From Candidatus Nomurabacteria bacterium RIFCSPLOWO2_01_FULL_42_17 (lineage in GTDB: Bacteria; Patescibacteriota; Minisyncoccia; Phycocordibacterales; UBA9973): 64,000 bases of DNA. Under the pieces are notes generated by a model. That model was not told the origin of the DNA. It did no database searches and saw nothing but the letters and a program-made list of their open reading frames with translations. The position numbers were made by a program, and so were the translations under genes. The stretch is taken from NCBI GenBank assembly GCA_001785985.1, contig MFVE01000005.1, forward strand, positions 112,533-176,532, written 5' to 3'. Shown here in pieces: positions 35,339-44,991 of the stretch (position 1 is its first letter; every line of letters starts with the position of its first letter).

Positions 35339-35388
35339 AAAGCGGAAACCGGGTAACTGGTTCGTGAGTTCGAATCTCACCTCCTCCG
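35301..35388 (+). tRNA. tRNA-Ser (anticodon TGA), type II
   Basis: GGAGGAGTGGCTCGAGAGGTTTAAGGCA-CCGCT-CTTGAAA-AGCGG-long variable arm-GGTTCGAATCTCACCTCCTCCG. Confidence 0.8.
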
Positions 35389-35400
35389 CAAAGATATATT

Positions 35401-36192
35401 TTGTTATACTGGCGGTATACATTTATGTTAGTTTCTTTAACTCAATTTAATATCAAGAGACCGGAAAGATTAAACTATGATTTTCTTCTGCCTAATCCTG
35501 ATAATTTGATAAAAAATATTAAAAGTAAAAGTCTAAGGTCTTTTTTAATTGAATCTGATGAAATATTAGCAAAGAATAATATTAATTATAAATATGAAGA
35601 TTTAACAGAGGAAAAATTTATTGCATGGCTGCCATATTATAAAGAAAAAATGGAAGAACATAACTATGATGTTCGCGCAAAAAAAAATTGGTATCAAGAA
35701 CAAATAAATAAGGGTTTTATTATGAAAGCTATATTTATGTACCAGAATAAAAAACTCGTAGGAAGTGGTATCTTTGATTTTCATAATCACATTGCCGATT
35801 TTGCATACAAGGCAAGTGACCGAATAACCATCTCGTCTAAAAAAGCAGCAAGTTTGGGGTCTATCATTGAATTTTTGTTCCTGAAAAAATCTGCAGAAAG
35901 TGGCAGCTATAAAATTGCGACTAATAGATCAAGAAACGCTTTTGGTTTCTTTAATACACTCGGATATTTAGATCTTAAATTACGATTCGGCTATAAACCT
36001 AGACCCAGTAAAGATGCACCTTTATTAGAAGAAGTGCCAGTTAATGAAAAAGGGTTCGTGATTTTCTATGGATTACAGGATGACCAATTTATTTTATTTA
36101 GCTTACAGCCAGAATCTACAAAAGGACAAAGGTTTTTTGATAAGACACCTTTTATTGACCAAGAAATTCCCTTTAAAGAGATTTACTATTAA
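35401..36192 (+). CDS. Hypothetical protein, AT-rich (the ATG at 35425 may be the true start)
   Basis: 263-aa ORF immediately after tRNA-Ser; no family recognised with confidence. Confidence 0.3.
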   Translation: MLYWRYTFMLVSLTQFNIKRPERLNYDFLLPNPDNLIKNIKSKSLRSFLIESDEILAKNNINYKYEDLTEEKFIAWLPYYKEKMEEHNYDVRAKKNWYQEQINKGFIMKAIFMYQNKKLVGSGIFDFHNHIADFAYKASDRITISSKKAASLGSIIEFLFLKKSAESGSYKIATNRSRNAFGFFNTLGYLDLKLRFGYKPRPSKDAPLLEEVPVNEKGFVIFYGLQDDQFILFSLQPESTKGQRFFDKTPFIDQEIPFKEIYY

Positions 36193-36213
36193 CAATATGT
36201 TACAATTAAACTT

Positions 36214-36687
36214 ATGGAAAAACTCGAATGGTCCGCTTTGGAATATGAAGAGAAGGAAAGAAGCCGAGATTGGTTTTGGGCGCTTGGGATTATTGTGGCG
36301 ACGAGCTCCATTGCTGCGATGATTTTCGGAAATTATTTTTTTGCAGTCCTACTAATTCTCAGCGGAGTCTTATTGGGATTCTTTGCAATTAAAAAACCAG
36401 AAATGGTGCATTACGAATTAAATAATCAGGGACTGAAAATCCGAACCCATCTCTATCCTTATGAAAGAATCAAATCTTTTTGGGTACAAATAGATAAAAG
36501 CGGAGAGAGGAAAGTCAAACCGACACTTTTTATAAAATCAGAGAGAGCGTTTATGCCTGTTATCGAAATGCCTATAGAATACATCATGGCTGACGACATT
36601 CACGCCATTATGCTTTCAAAAAATATTGCGGAAGAGGAAATGAAAGAGCACACATCTCTTAAAATAATGGAGTCTTTGGGCTTTTAG
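36214..36687 (+). CDS. Membrane protein with a bacterial PH-like domain
   Basis: Two N-terminal TM helices, then a beta-rich segment of about 90 aa. Confidence 0.35.
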   Translation: MEKLEWSALEYEEKERSRDWFWALGIIVATSSIAAMIFGNYFFAVLLILSGVLLGFFAIKKPEMVHYELNNQGLKIRTHLYPYERIKSFWVQIDKSGERKVKPTLFIKSERAFMPVIEMPIEYIMADDIHAIMLSKNIAEEEMKEHTSLKIMESLGF

Positions 36688-36743
36688 CTTGTTTTATTTG
36701 GCTTTTATTTTTTCTGGAAACCTGCTAATCTAAATAAACCAAC

Positions 36744-36816
36744 GTCCCCGTAGTTCAACGGATAGAATTCAAGCTTGCGGAGTTTGAGATCGTGGTTCGA
36801 TTCCACGCGGGGACAC
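36744..36816 (+). tRNA. tRNA, anticodon GCG (Arg); no CCA encoded
   Basis: GTCCCCG-TA-GTTCAACGGATAGAAT-T-CAAGC-TTGCGGA-GTTTG-..-CGTGGTTCGATTCCACG-CGGGGAC-A. Acceptor, T and anticodon stems all pair. Confidence 0.6.
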
Positions 36817-36999
36817 AAATCATAGAGAATTTTATGCTATTTACGTTATTTTTAAACACAACCCCACTGGGGGTATTCTATAAATTTTTATTTTGTGTTT
36901 TAATGCGAAAAATTGCAGTTATCCACTTTACACTTGGGCACTATTTTCGTGTATAATGATTGAACGGCTAAAAAAACCTAAAGATAAAAAATATTTAAA

Positions 37000-39564
37000 A
37001 TGACACTGACAATTACAAAAAGAGACGGAACAAAAGCGCCTTTCAACGCCGACCGAATCAATAAATCCATCGAGAGAGCATGCTACGGACTCGCTGACCC
37101 GATCAGCAAGGTCATTCAGATCGCGACCGAGACGCAACTCACTCTCTATGACGGCATCACGACCGAAGAGATGGATGCGGCGACCATCAATGCCGCCCTG
37201 CAGAATGCTCAATACGGCATGGATTTCGACAAGATCGCCACGCGCCTCTTGTTGAAGACGATTTACAAGAAAGTCATCGGTGATTATGACAATGATGAGT
37301 CTAAAGTCGTGACTCACGAGGAATTCACGAAGCTTCATAGCTCTCATTTCAAAGAATACATCTTGAATGCGGTGGAAAAGAAACTTTTGGACGACAGAAT
37401 GGCGACGACTTTTGACTTGGAAGATTTGGCCGCGAGCTTGAAAATAGAAAACGACGAACTCTATAAATATTCCGGACTCTCCACAATGCAAAATCGTTAC
37501 TTGATGAAGAACGAAAAACAATCCCCGCTCGAAACTCCGCAATATTTCTGGATGCGAGTCGCGATGGGCATGTCTCTAAAAGAAAAAGATCCGACGCAGT
37601 GGGCCAAAAGATTTTATGACAAGATGTCCAAGCTGGAATATCTCTCGGCTGGAAGCTCAAACATCGGCGCCGGCACTCCCCGCCCGAAACTTTCAAATTG
37701 CTACTTGATGGAAATCCATGACGACATGGAACACATAGGCAAAACTGTTTCGGACGTCTTACTTTTATCCAAGGCAACTGGCGGCATCGGACTTTCAGTG
37801 ACCAAGCTTCGCGCCGAAGGATCAGTGCTAAAATCAAACAACACTATTTCCTCCGGCCCGGTGCCATTCATGCATATTATCGATTCCGCAGTGCGCGCTG
37901 TGCAGAGAGGCGGTAAGAAAAAGGGCGCTTTGTGTTTCTACATGGAAAACTGGCATCTAAATTTCCAAGATTTTCTGGATTTGAAGCAGAATAGCGGCGA
38001 TGATTATCGAAGGACTCGCACTGCCAATACCGCTGTCTTCATCTCAGATGAATTTATGAAAAGAGTCTTAGACGGCGCGGATTGGTACCTCTTTGATCCA
38101 AAAGAAGTAAAAGACCTAAACGAGCTCTATGGGGAGGAGTTTTCTAAAAGATACAATGAATATGTAGAAATGGCTAAAAAAGGAAAACTGAAAATGTATA
38201 ATGTCCTGCCGGCTAGAGAGCAATACAAAAACATTTTAGTTTCTTTGGAAACCACCTCTCACCCTTGGTTGACTTGGAAAGATTCCATCAATGTCCGAGC
38301 ATTGAACAACAACACCGGCACTATCCACTGTTCAAATCTCTGCACCGAAGTCACTTTGCCTACCGATCGAGAAAATATTGCTGTCTGCAATTTGGTTTCC
38401 ATCAACCTTGCAAGACATATCATCAATGGACAGGTTGATTGGCATCGATTAGAAGAGTCCGTCAGGCTGGCTACCCGCCAACTTGATAATCTGGTTGATA
38501 TCAACGAACTACCTGTGCCAGAAGCTATCCGCGCGGACAATGAGAACAGAGCAGTGGGACTCGGGCTCATGGGCTTTGCCGACTCTATCGAACAGCTCGG
38601 ATATTCGTATGAAGACAAAGAGACTTATGATTTCGCGGACCAAGTTTTTGAATTTATTTCCTACATGTCGACCGATGAATCCGCAAATTTGGCAGAAGAA
38701 CGAGGATCTTACAAAAATTTCAAAGGCTCCGGCTGGTCCAAGGGATTGGTGCCGATCGATACTCTGAAAAAATTGGAAGAAGATCGAAAACGTGAACTAA
38801 CCGTGAAAAAGGAATCCGCAAAATTGCTTCCTCCGCTCGATTGGGAAACTTTGCGCGCTAAAGTCAAAAAAGGAATCCGCAATGCGACGCTTCTCGCCAT
38901 CGCGCCAAATGCAAACATTGGGCTCGTAGCTGGAACCTCGCCGGGGATTGATCCGAGGTTTACCCAGATGTTCTCCAGAAATAAAATATCCGGCAAATAT
39001 CTCGAAGTAAATCCGAACATGATGCGAGCTCTGCAAGCCGAGAATCTATGGGAGAAAACACGCGAAGCGATACTAGAACATCATGGCGACATCGAATCCA
39101 TCGCTGAAATTCCAGACTCACTAAAAAGAATCTATAAAACTTCCTTCTCTGTCTCCCCTTACGCATATATCGAAGTAGCGGCTCGCGCTCAAAAGTGGGT
39201 GGACATGGGCATCTCACGCAACATGTACTTGGATATCCGAGACATCAATGAAATTATGAACATCTACACCACTGCTTGGGACAAGGGCTTGAAAACGACT
39301 TATTATCTGCATATGAAGCCCCGTCATTCAGCCGAACAATCCACCACTACCGTAAATAAGGCTCAAGTATTGGGCAAGAGAGGTTTTGCCGTCTTGCGCG
39401 ACAAAGAGAAAATTGTTCAAAAAGAAGTAGAGGCAGAATCAGAAGTAACCATCCCGGAACCGCCTGCGATCCAAATGAAAGAACCAGTGCCGGTGCTAAA
39501 AGTTCCAGACGTGAATGTTACCGAAGACCCCCAAGAAAAATTCTTGTGCGAAAGCTGCCAATAG
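37000..39564 (+). CDS. nrdA: Class I ribonucleoside-diphosphate reductase alpha subunit with an N-terminal ATP-cone
   Basis: ATP-cone (ITKRDGTKAPFNADRINKSIERA); catalytic-site segments (NLCTEV..P; ...GLGLMGFAD); C-terminal CESCQ. Confidence 0.9.
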   Translation: MTLTITKRDGTKAPFNADRINKSIERACYGLADPISKVIQIATETQLTLYDGITTEEMDAATINAALQNAQYGMDFDKIATRLLLKTIYKKVIGDYDNDESKVVTHEEFTKLHSSHFKEYILNAVEKKLLDDRMATTFDLEDLAASLKIENDELYKYSGLSTMQNRYLMKNEKQSPLETPQYFWMRVAMGMSLKEKDPTQWAKRFYDKMSKLEYLSAGSSNIGAGTPRPKLSNCYLMEIHDDMEHIGKTVSDVLLLSKATGGIGLSVTKLRAEGSVLKSNNTISSGPVPFMHIIDSAVRAVQRGGKKKGALCFYMENWHLNFQDFLDLKQNSGDDYRRTRTANTAVFISDEFMKRVLDGADWYLFDPKEVKDLNELYGEEFSKRYNEYVEMAKKGKLKMYNVLPAREQYKNILVSLETTSHPWLTWKDSINVRALNNNTGTIHCSNLCTEVTLPTDRENIAVCNLVSINLARHIINGQVDWHRLEESVRLATRQLDNLVDINELPVPEAIRADNENRAVGLGLMGFADSIEQLGYSYEDKETYDFADQVFEFISYMSTDESANLAEERGSYKNFKGSGWSKGLVPIDTLKKLEEDRKRELTVKKESAKLLPPLDWETLRAKVKKGIRNATLLAIAPNANIGLVAGTSPGIDPRFTQMFSRNKISGKYLEVNPNMMRALQAENLWEKTREAILEHHGDIESIAEIPDSLKRIYKTSFSVSPYAYIEVAARAQKWVDMGISRNMYLDIRDINEIMNIYTTAWDKGLKTTYYLHMKPRHSAEQSTTTVNKAQVLGKRGFAVLRDKEKIVQKEVEAESEVTIPEPPAIQMKEPVPVLKVPDVNVTEDPQEKFLCESCQ

Positions 39565-39640
39565 AAACAGCTTGTAGCTGGTTAGCTTGTAGCTAATTAG
39601 CTTTAAGAAATTATTAATAATAAGCTAAAAAGCTATCACT

Positions 39641-40654
39641 ATGATTCTAGGAAAAGCATCCCCGACAGACATGAATCTGCATCCCATGCACTATAAATGG
39701 GCTTACGACCTCTATAATCAGGCGGTCAGAAACAGTTGGTTCCCCCACGAGATACCGCTCGGTGAAGATTTGGCTGACTGGAAAAAGATGACCGAAGACG
39801 AGAAACACGCGGTAGAATTTCTGATGGCGTTTTTCAATCCGGCGGAGCTGATAGTCAACAGATCGCTCGCTCTCGGCGTCTACCCATATTTAAAATCTCC
39901 CGAATGTCATTTGTATCTCGCCAAACAAATGTTTGAAGAAGCAAACCACTGCGTTTCGTTTGAATATGTACTCGAAACATTTCCGCTCGATCGCACACGC
40001 GTTTACGAACAGCACCTCGAGATGGAGTCAATGAAGAATAAAGAAAATTTCATCAACAAATACCTCATCCGCATGACCGAAGACTCTCTAGACATCGAGA
40101 CAGCTGAAGGCAAAAAGGACTTTTTACGCAATTTGGTCGCGACCAATATCGTCATGGAAGGAACTTGGTTTTATTCCGGATTTATGGTGGCGTTGTCTTT
40201 CCGCCAGAGAAATCAGCTCCGCAATTTGGGCTCGATGATCACCTGGGTCCTGCGCGACGAGTCTTTGCATTTAAAATTCGGCATCCAGCTCATTCATGCG
40301 GTATTAGAAGAAAATTCTGAGCTTCTAACAGCAGAATTCGCAGAAGAAATTAGAAAAATAATAATCGATGGAGTGGAGCTGGAAGTTAATTATAATAAAG
40401 ATATGTTTCCAAAAGGCATCCTCGGACTCAATGCGAACTATGTGAATCAATATGTGCAATATGTGGCAGACCGCAGACTCGAAGAGCTGGGCTTGGCCCC
40501 CCATTTCAACGTCACCAACCCCGCCAAATGGATGTCGACCGCGACTGATGTCTTTGAATTAGTGAATTTCTTCGAACAGCAAAATACTTCTTACGAAGTT
40601 GACGCTCATGGGCACAATTCTGATACAGACAAAGACCACAAAAAACATCCGTAA
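39641..40654 (+). CDS. nrdB: Ribonucleotide reductase beta subunit (ferritin-like di-iron)
   Basis: EEANHCVSF and VMEGTWFYSGF..// di-iron ligand helices; C-terminal tail. Confidence 0.85.
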   Translation: MILGKASPTDMNLHPMHYKWAYDLYNQAVRNSWFPHEIPLGEDLADWKKMTEDEKHAVEFLMAFFNPAELIVNRSLALGVYPYLKSPECHLYLAKQMFEEANHCVSFEYVLETFPLDRTRVYEQHLEMESMKNKENFINKYLIRMTEDSLDIETAEGKKDFLRNLVATNIVMEGTWFYSGFMVALSFRQRNQLRNLGSMITWVLRDESLHLKFGIQLIHAVLEENSELLTAEFAEEIRKIIIDGVELEVNYNKDMFPKGILGLNANYVNQYVQYVADRRLEELGLAPHFNVTNPAKWMSTATDVFELVNFFEQQNTSYEVDAHGHNSDTDKDHKKHP

Positions 40655-40710
40655 TAAAAATTGTAAATATTTGAGTCAGTCTGGACGCCTATTGACAATA
40701 AGATTATGGC

Positions 40711-42213
40711 ATGATATACTCCTCATGCATGAAAAAAACATATCATAAAGTGGTAATTTTAGGTTTGGGGATATTAGCTATTCTCGCTTTGGCAGCTTTA
40801 CTCATGCCTGAAAAAACCAGTGCCCAATATTACTATGGTGGCGGATACCATGGTGGAACTGGTTACAATTCCTACAATTATTCGGATTACCAAAACTCTT
40901 CTTATAATTCTTACCCAACCTATTACCAACCACCCGCAAGCGGCAGTAGCGCAAACAACAATACGAATAACAATACAAACAACAATACTATAAATATTAA
41001 TATACCGGGAAATTCTCGGTCGGGATCTGATTTTTCTGATGATCCGACGGTCTCTCTGCGAGCCGATGATACAGACATAAATTATGGAGAAAACACCATT
41101 TTACGCTGGTCCTCGACTGATGCGGATTCTTGCAGGGCAAGTGGCGGCGACAACAGATGGTCAGGCAGCATAGACACTTCCGGTTCTTTCAATACCAGAA
41201 GTTTGACAGATACGACTACCTATCGCATCACCTGTACCAACGATGAGGGATCGGACAGCGATTCAATCACAATCGAGGTAGGCGACCGCCGACAAATCTC
41301 AGGTCAGTCCCAACCGACAGTGTCGCTTGTCGCAGATAGTACAAACCTAGCTTACAACGGAGCGACTTTTCTTCGTTGGTTTGCCGGAAACGCGACTGCT
41401 TGTTATGGTAGCGGCGGATCTGGTGATTGGGTAGGAATAAAGAATACTGGAGCAGGATCTTTCTACACCGGGTCACTGACCGCAAGCAGAAACTATGTAC
41501 TCACTTGTAGTAATAATATTGGGACATCTGCCGATTCAGTCACCATCACTGTGCGCGAACCGGGAATTACTACATTCACCCCTAGATCCGCCGGTACTTC
41601 ACTCGTCCTCTTGAACTCTTCAGTAGATCGCAATCAGCCAATCGTGCCCACGCTGGATAATACCAAGCCGCGTCCGGGGGATGAGATCAATTACACTGTA
41701 AATTATCAAAATATCGGCACCGCCGCGATCACTGGCCTTTCTCTGCGAATAGATCTTCCTTTCGAAGTGGATTATATGTTCTCAAATCCGGGTAACCCGA
41801 CTATATCGGGTCAAACTTTGATCTTCAATTTGGGGACGCTCCGAGCAAATGGAGCTGGAACAGTTACAGTCAGGGCGCGAGTACGAGAAAATATCCCTGA
41901 CGGAGTGAATTTAAACTTCCCTGCGACCTTGAATTATATCGATCCTGCTGGCTTCCCGCAGACGGTAACTGCGAATGTTTCTGCAGAGGTCTTACCAAAT
42001 GAAAACAACGGACTCGGAGCAAATGTGTTCGGCGCAGGATTCCTGCCTGTTAATTTATTCGGATGGCTGTTCCTACTCATCCTCATACTTGCACTAATAC
42101 TTATAGCTAGATATTTTTTAATCCAAGTCAGCCAGCCTTTCCGCAAACAAACTGTGACCACCCTCGATCAGCCTCTAGGTAAAAAGACTACCACTACTAC
42201 AATAGTGCATTAA
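40711..42213 (+). CDS. Cell-surface protein: signal/TM, a Y/G/N-rich low-complexity region, two tandem roughly 90-aa beta repeats, a DUF11-like repeat domain and a C-terminal TM anchor. The start at 40729 (MKKTYHKVVILG) is likely.
   Basis: The repeats PTVSL.AD.T...Y......LRW....A..C.ASGG...W.G.......GSF.T.SLT....Y..TC.N..G...DS.TI.V occur at roughly aa 113-190 and 203-280. C-terminus GWLFLLILILALILIARYFL. Confidence 0.5.
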   Translation: MIYSSCMKKTYHKVVILGLGILAILALAALLMPEKTSAQYYYGGGYHGGTGYNSYNYSDYQNSSYNSYPTYYQPPASGSSANNNTNNNTNNNTININIPGNSRSGSDFSDDPTVSLRADDTDINYGENTILRWSSTDADSCRASGGDNRWSGSIDTSGSFNTRSLTDTTTYRITCTNDEGSDSDSITIEVGDRRQISGQSQPTVSLVADSTNLAYNGATFLRWFAGNATACYGSGGSGDWVGIKNTGAGSFYTGSLTASRNYVLTCSNNIGTSADSVTITVREPGITTFTPRSAGTSLVLLNSSVDRNQPIVPTLDNTKPRPGDEINYTVNYQNIGTAAITGLSLRIDLPFEVDYMFSNPGNPTISGQTLIFNLGTLRANGAGTVTVRARVRENIPDGVNLNFPATLNYIDPAGFPQTVTANVSAEVLPNENNGLGANVFGAGFLPVNLFGWLFLLILILALILIARYFLIQVSQPFRKQTVTTLDQPLGKKTTTTTIVH

Positions 42214-42223
42214 AATAAAAACT

Positions 42224-42913
42224 GTGGACAAACAAACAAGGGAATCTTTCCCAATGCGGATAAATAAATATCTGGCTCTTAAAAAAATCTCGACGAGGCG
42301 GGGAGCAGATGAGTTGGTAAAAGAAAAAAAAGTTTTTATAAATGGGAAACTCGCAGTGCTTGGTAGTAAAGTAAATGAAACTGATAAAGTAGAAGTAAAA
42401 GGCGCGAAAACAAAAGAATATGTATATTTTGCGTATAACAAACCAATTGGAATCGAAACTAGCTCTCCCAGAGAAGATCTCTTCCCTTTGGGCAGACTCG
42501 ACAAGGCTTCGCATGGACTCCTGATACTCACAAACGATGGACGCATCACCGATCAACTTCTAAATCCAAAATATTTTCACGAAAAAGAATATGTGGTGAA
42601 AACTCTAAACAAACTTCGCTCTAGTTTCAAAAAAAATATGGAAACGGGGGTAAAAATAGAAGGAGAAAAAGATTATGTTACCAAAAAATGTAAAGTGAAA
42701 ATTTTAAATGAAAATACTTTCAGAATTATTTTGACTGAGGGAAAGAAACACCAAATCCGCAGAATGTGTTCCGCCCTATTCCAAGAAGTCGCTGATCTAA
42801 AACGCGAGAGAATTATGAACATCAAGCTCGGCAACCTAAAACCCGGCGCCCTGCGAGAAATAAAAGACGAAGAATTGACTACTTTTCTAGATCAAGTACT
42901 TCATCAATCCTGA
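42224..42913 (+). CDS. RsuA/RluF-family pseudouridine synthase with an N-terminal S4 domain (the ATG at 42254 is likely the true start)
   Basis: S4 segment MRINKYLALKKISTRRGADELVKEKKVFINGK; catalytic segment LGRLDKASHGLLILTNDG. Confidence 0.8.
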   Translation: MDKQTRESFPMRINKYLALKKISTRRGADELVKEKKVFINGKLAVLGSKVNETDKVEVKGAKTKEYVYFAYNKPIGIETSSPREDLFPLGRLDKASHGLLILTNDGRITDQLLNPKYFHEKEYVVKTLNKLRSSFKKNMETGVKIEGEKDYVTKKCKVKILNENTFRIILTEGKKHQIRRMCSALFQEVADLKRERIMNIKLGNLKPGALREIKDEELTTFLDQVLHQS

Positions 42914-44408
42914 TTTGTTTAACAAATTCGGGCACATGGGAGACGAGGATCATTGCGCCGGCGTATTTGTCGAGAGCTTCGGCGATGATGGGCAAATGAC
43001 GGAAATTTATGTGGTTAGTGGGCTCATCTAGGATGAGAAGTCCAGGCTTTTGGAGAACAAGTCTCGCAAAAGCTACCAGCCCCTTCTGTCCTTCTGATAA
43101 ATCGCCTATTTTGGTGCGAATAAATTCTCCGGTGATCAAAAATCCAGCGGCCACAGAACGCATCCGCTCTTCGTCCAGCTTTTCTCCGCCTGCCAGCATC
43201 GCACTAGATAAAGATTGATAGACAGTATCTTCAAAATTGAGCGTGGAAAAATCTTGACGATAATACCCGATACGAATTCCCTCTTTTACCTTTTCACCTT
43301 CGGCATGACCGCTCGCCAATCTCTCTAAAAGGGTTGTTTTACCTATACCATTTGGCCCTTGTAAAAGTAAGTGCACATTTTTATTCAAAGATATTTTCAC
43401 TTTATGTTTTACAATCTTGCCATTTTTCATTGTGGTAAAAGAAGAAATATTTAAAATCTCTCCGATCAAGTCCGGCTGGCTTGGAATATTAAAAGGTCTG
43501 ATGGAACGGTCTTCTTTTCGCACATCCACTATTTCTTCTTCTAGTTCTTCGGCTTTCTCGCGCATTCTTTTGGCGACCAGACGCAAGCGTCCACCTTTAT
43601 AGGCAAACACATTCGCTTGATCTTTTTTTGCTTGAATTTCTTTTTGCAGCTGGGCATTTTTCATATTCTCTTTTTCTACTCGGGCTGTGATATCTTTGAC
43701 CACATTAAAATAGTTACCGACATATTGTTCAATCTTTTTAGTATAGACATCAAGGTAAAGCACGCCCTGTGTGAAAGCATTCAAAAATTCAGCGTCGTGA
43801 GAAATTACCAGAACTGTCTTTTTATAATCAACTAAAAATTCTGTTAGATGCGCAATCCCTGCTTTGTCTAAATTATTCGTCGGCTCATCGAGCAATAGTA
43901 GGTCGGGGTCTTGGATGAGCGCCGAAGCCAGAAGTAAACGCGCCTGTTGTCCACCAGAGAAAGTATTTATTTTTTTATCATGCACTTTGGTGTGTCCTTT
44001 TAGATTTACTACCTCTAAGACATCATCAATCCGAGGATCTATGTCATAAATTTTCACCCTCACCCCACCCCTCTCCCGAAGGGCGAGGGAGTTCTCAAAA
44101 AACTCCCGCACCGTCAGATCCATCTCTCCTTTGGGAATCACTTGCCGTGAAGTTGCAATGCTCACCCCTTTGACAACATTTATTATTCCAGATTCGGGAA
44201 CATGCAAACCAGAAATCAATCCAAAAATAGTGCTCTTGCCGGCACCATTTTGCCCCATCAGAGTGAACTTCATTCCTCGTCTGATAGTAAAACTCACCCC
44301 ATCTAAAATGGGTTTATTGACGCCCCATTCAAATGAGACATCGTCAAATCTAACTATAGTTTCTTGGGTTTTTTGAGATTTTTGATTTTCCTGCTCCTTT
44401 TTAGACAT
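42879..44408 (-). CDS. ABC-F family ATPase (two tandem ABC domains, no TMD)
   Basis: Two Walker A motifs (GQNGAGKST; GPNGIGKTT), two LSGGQ-type signatures (FSGGQQARLLLA; LSEGQKGLVAFA) and an inter-domain linker. Confidence 0.85.
   Translation of the reverse strand: MSKKEQENQKSQKTQETIVRFDDVSFEWGVNKPILDGVSFTIRRGMKFTLMGQNGAGKSTIFGLISGLHVPESGIINVVKGVSIATSRQVIPKGEMDLTVREFFENSLALRERGGVRVKIYDIDPRIDDVLEVVNLKGHTKVHDKKINTFSGGQQARLLLASALIQDPDLLLLDEPTNNLDKAGIAHLTEFLVDYKKTVLVISHDAEFLNAFTQGVLYLDVYTKKIEQYVGNYFNVVKDITARVEKENMKNAQLQKEIQAKKDQANVFAYKGGRLRLVAKRMREKAEELEEEIVDVRKEDRSIRPFNIPSQPDLIGEILNISSFTTMKNGKIVKHKVKISLNKNVHLLLQGPNGIGKTTLLERLASGHAEGEKVKEGIRIGYYRQDFSTLNFEDTVYQSLSSAMLAGGEKLDEERMRSVAAGFLITGEFIRTKIGDLSEGQKGLVAFARLVLQKPGLLILDEPTNHINFRHLPIIAEALDKYAGAMILVSHVPEFVKQIRIDEVLDLEK
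44055..44091. repeat. GC-rich palindromic element in frame inside the ABC-F gene
   Basis: caccctcaccccaCCCTCTCCC-gaa-GGGCGAGGGag encodes ALRERGGVRV. It stands out against AT-rich flanks. Confidence 0.45.
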
Positions 44409-44578
44409 TCGTATAGATTAGCTTATTTTTGACTAAATAGAAAGGCGTGATAAAAAATTTGACAAAATGGGTGCTTTTATGCTATACTCAAAAGACAAAG
44501 TAGGTGCAAGAAGAGTATGTTAGAGTCGATTTCTTAAGTAATATCTATTTGTATTTAATAGTTTAATCAAAAAAATCA

Positions 44579-44776
44579 ATGACTGGTACAATAAAAAGAC
44601 TCACTGATAAAGGTTTCGGCTTCATCACAGCAGAAGGGCTACAGAAGGATTTATTCTTCCATAGCAATTCTCTTGTTGGCGTAACTTTTGACGAATTGAA
44701 AGAAGGCGATACGCTTTCTTTTGAAACAGAGGAATCACCAAAAGGATTGAATGCTACGAACGTACAACGCGCGTAA
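44579..44776 (+). CDS. cspA: Cold-shock protein (CspA family)
   Basis: MTGTIKRLTDKGFGFITAE......FFHSN......F..L.EGD.LSFE (RNP1/RNP2). Confidence 0.9.
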   Translation: MTGTIKRLTDKGFGFITAEGLQKDLFFHSNSLVGVTFDELKEGDTLSFETEESPKGLNATNVQRA

Positions 44777-44794
44777 TATTCACTCAATTAAAAA

Positions 44795-44816
44795 AGCCCC
44801 AGTTGGGGCTTTTTTA
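44795..44816 (+). terminator. Rho-independent terminator after the csp gene
   Basis: AGCCCC-agtt-GGGGCT followed by TTTTT. Confidence 0.75.
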
Positions 44817-44991
44817 ATTTGTGATAAAAAAAGTAGAAATTGTCTTTTAGAAAGCCTTGCGCAGGAGATTAGAAAATAATAAGAGGCAGTTAAACTATTT
44901 GCCTCTTATTATTTTCTTGATCGACGAGCAGTTCGCTGGCAAAGCTTTGCCAGATAGATTGCTTTATAAAAGATAATTTATACTTTTTTCT

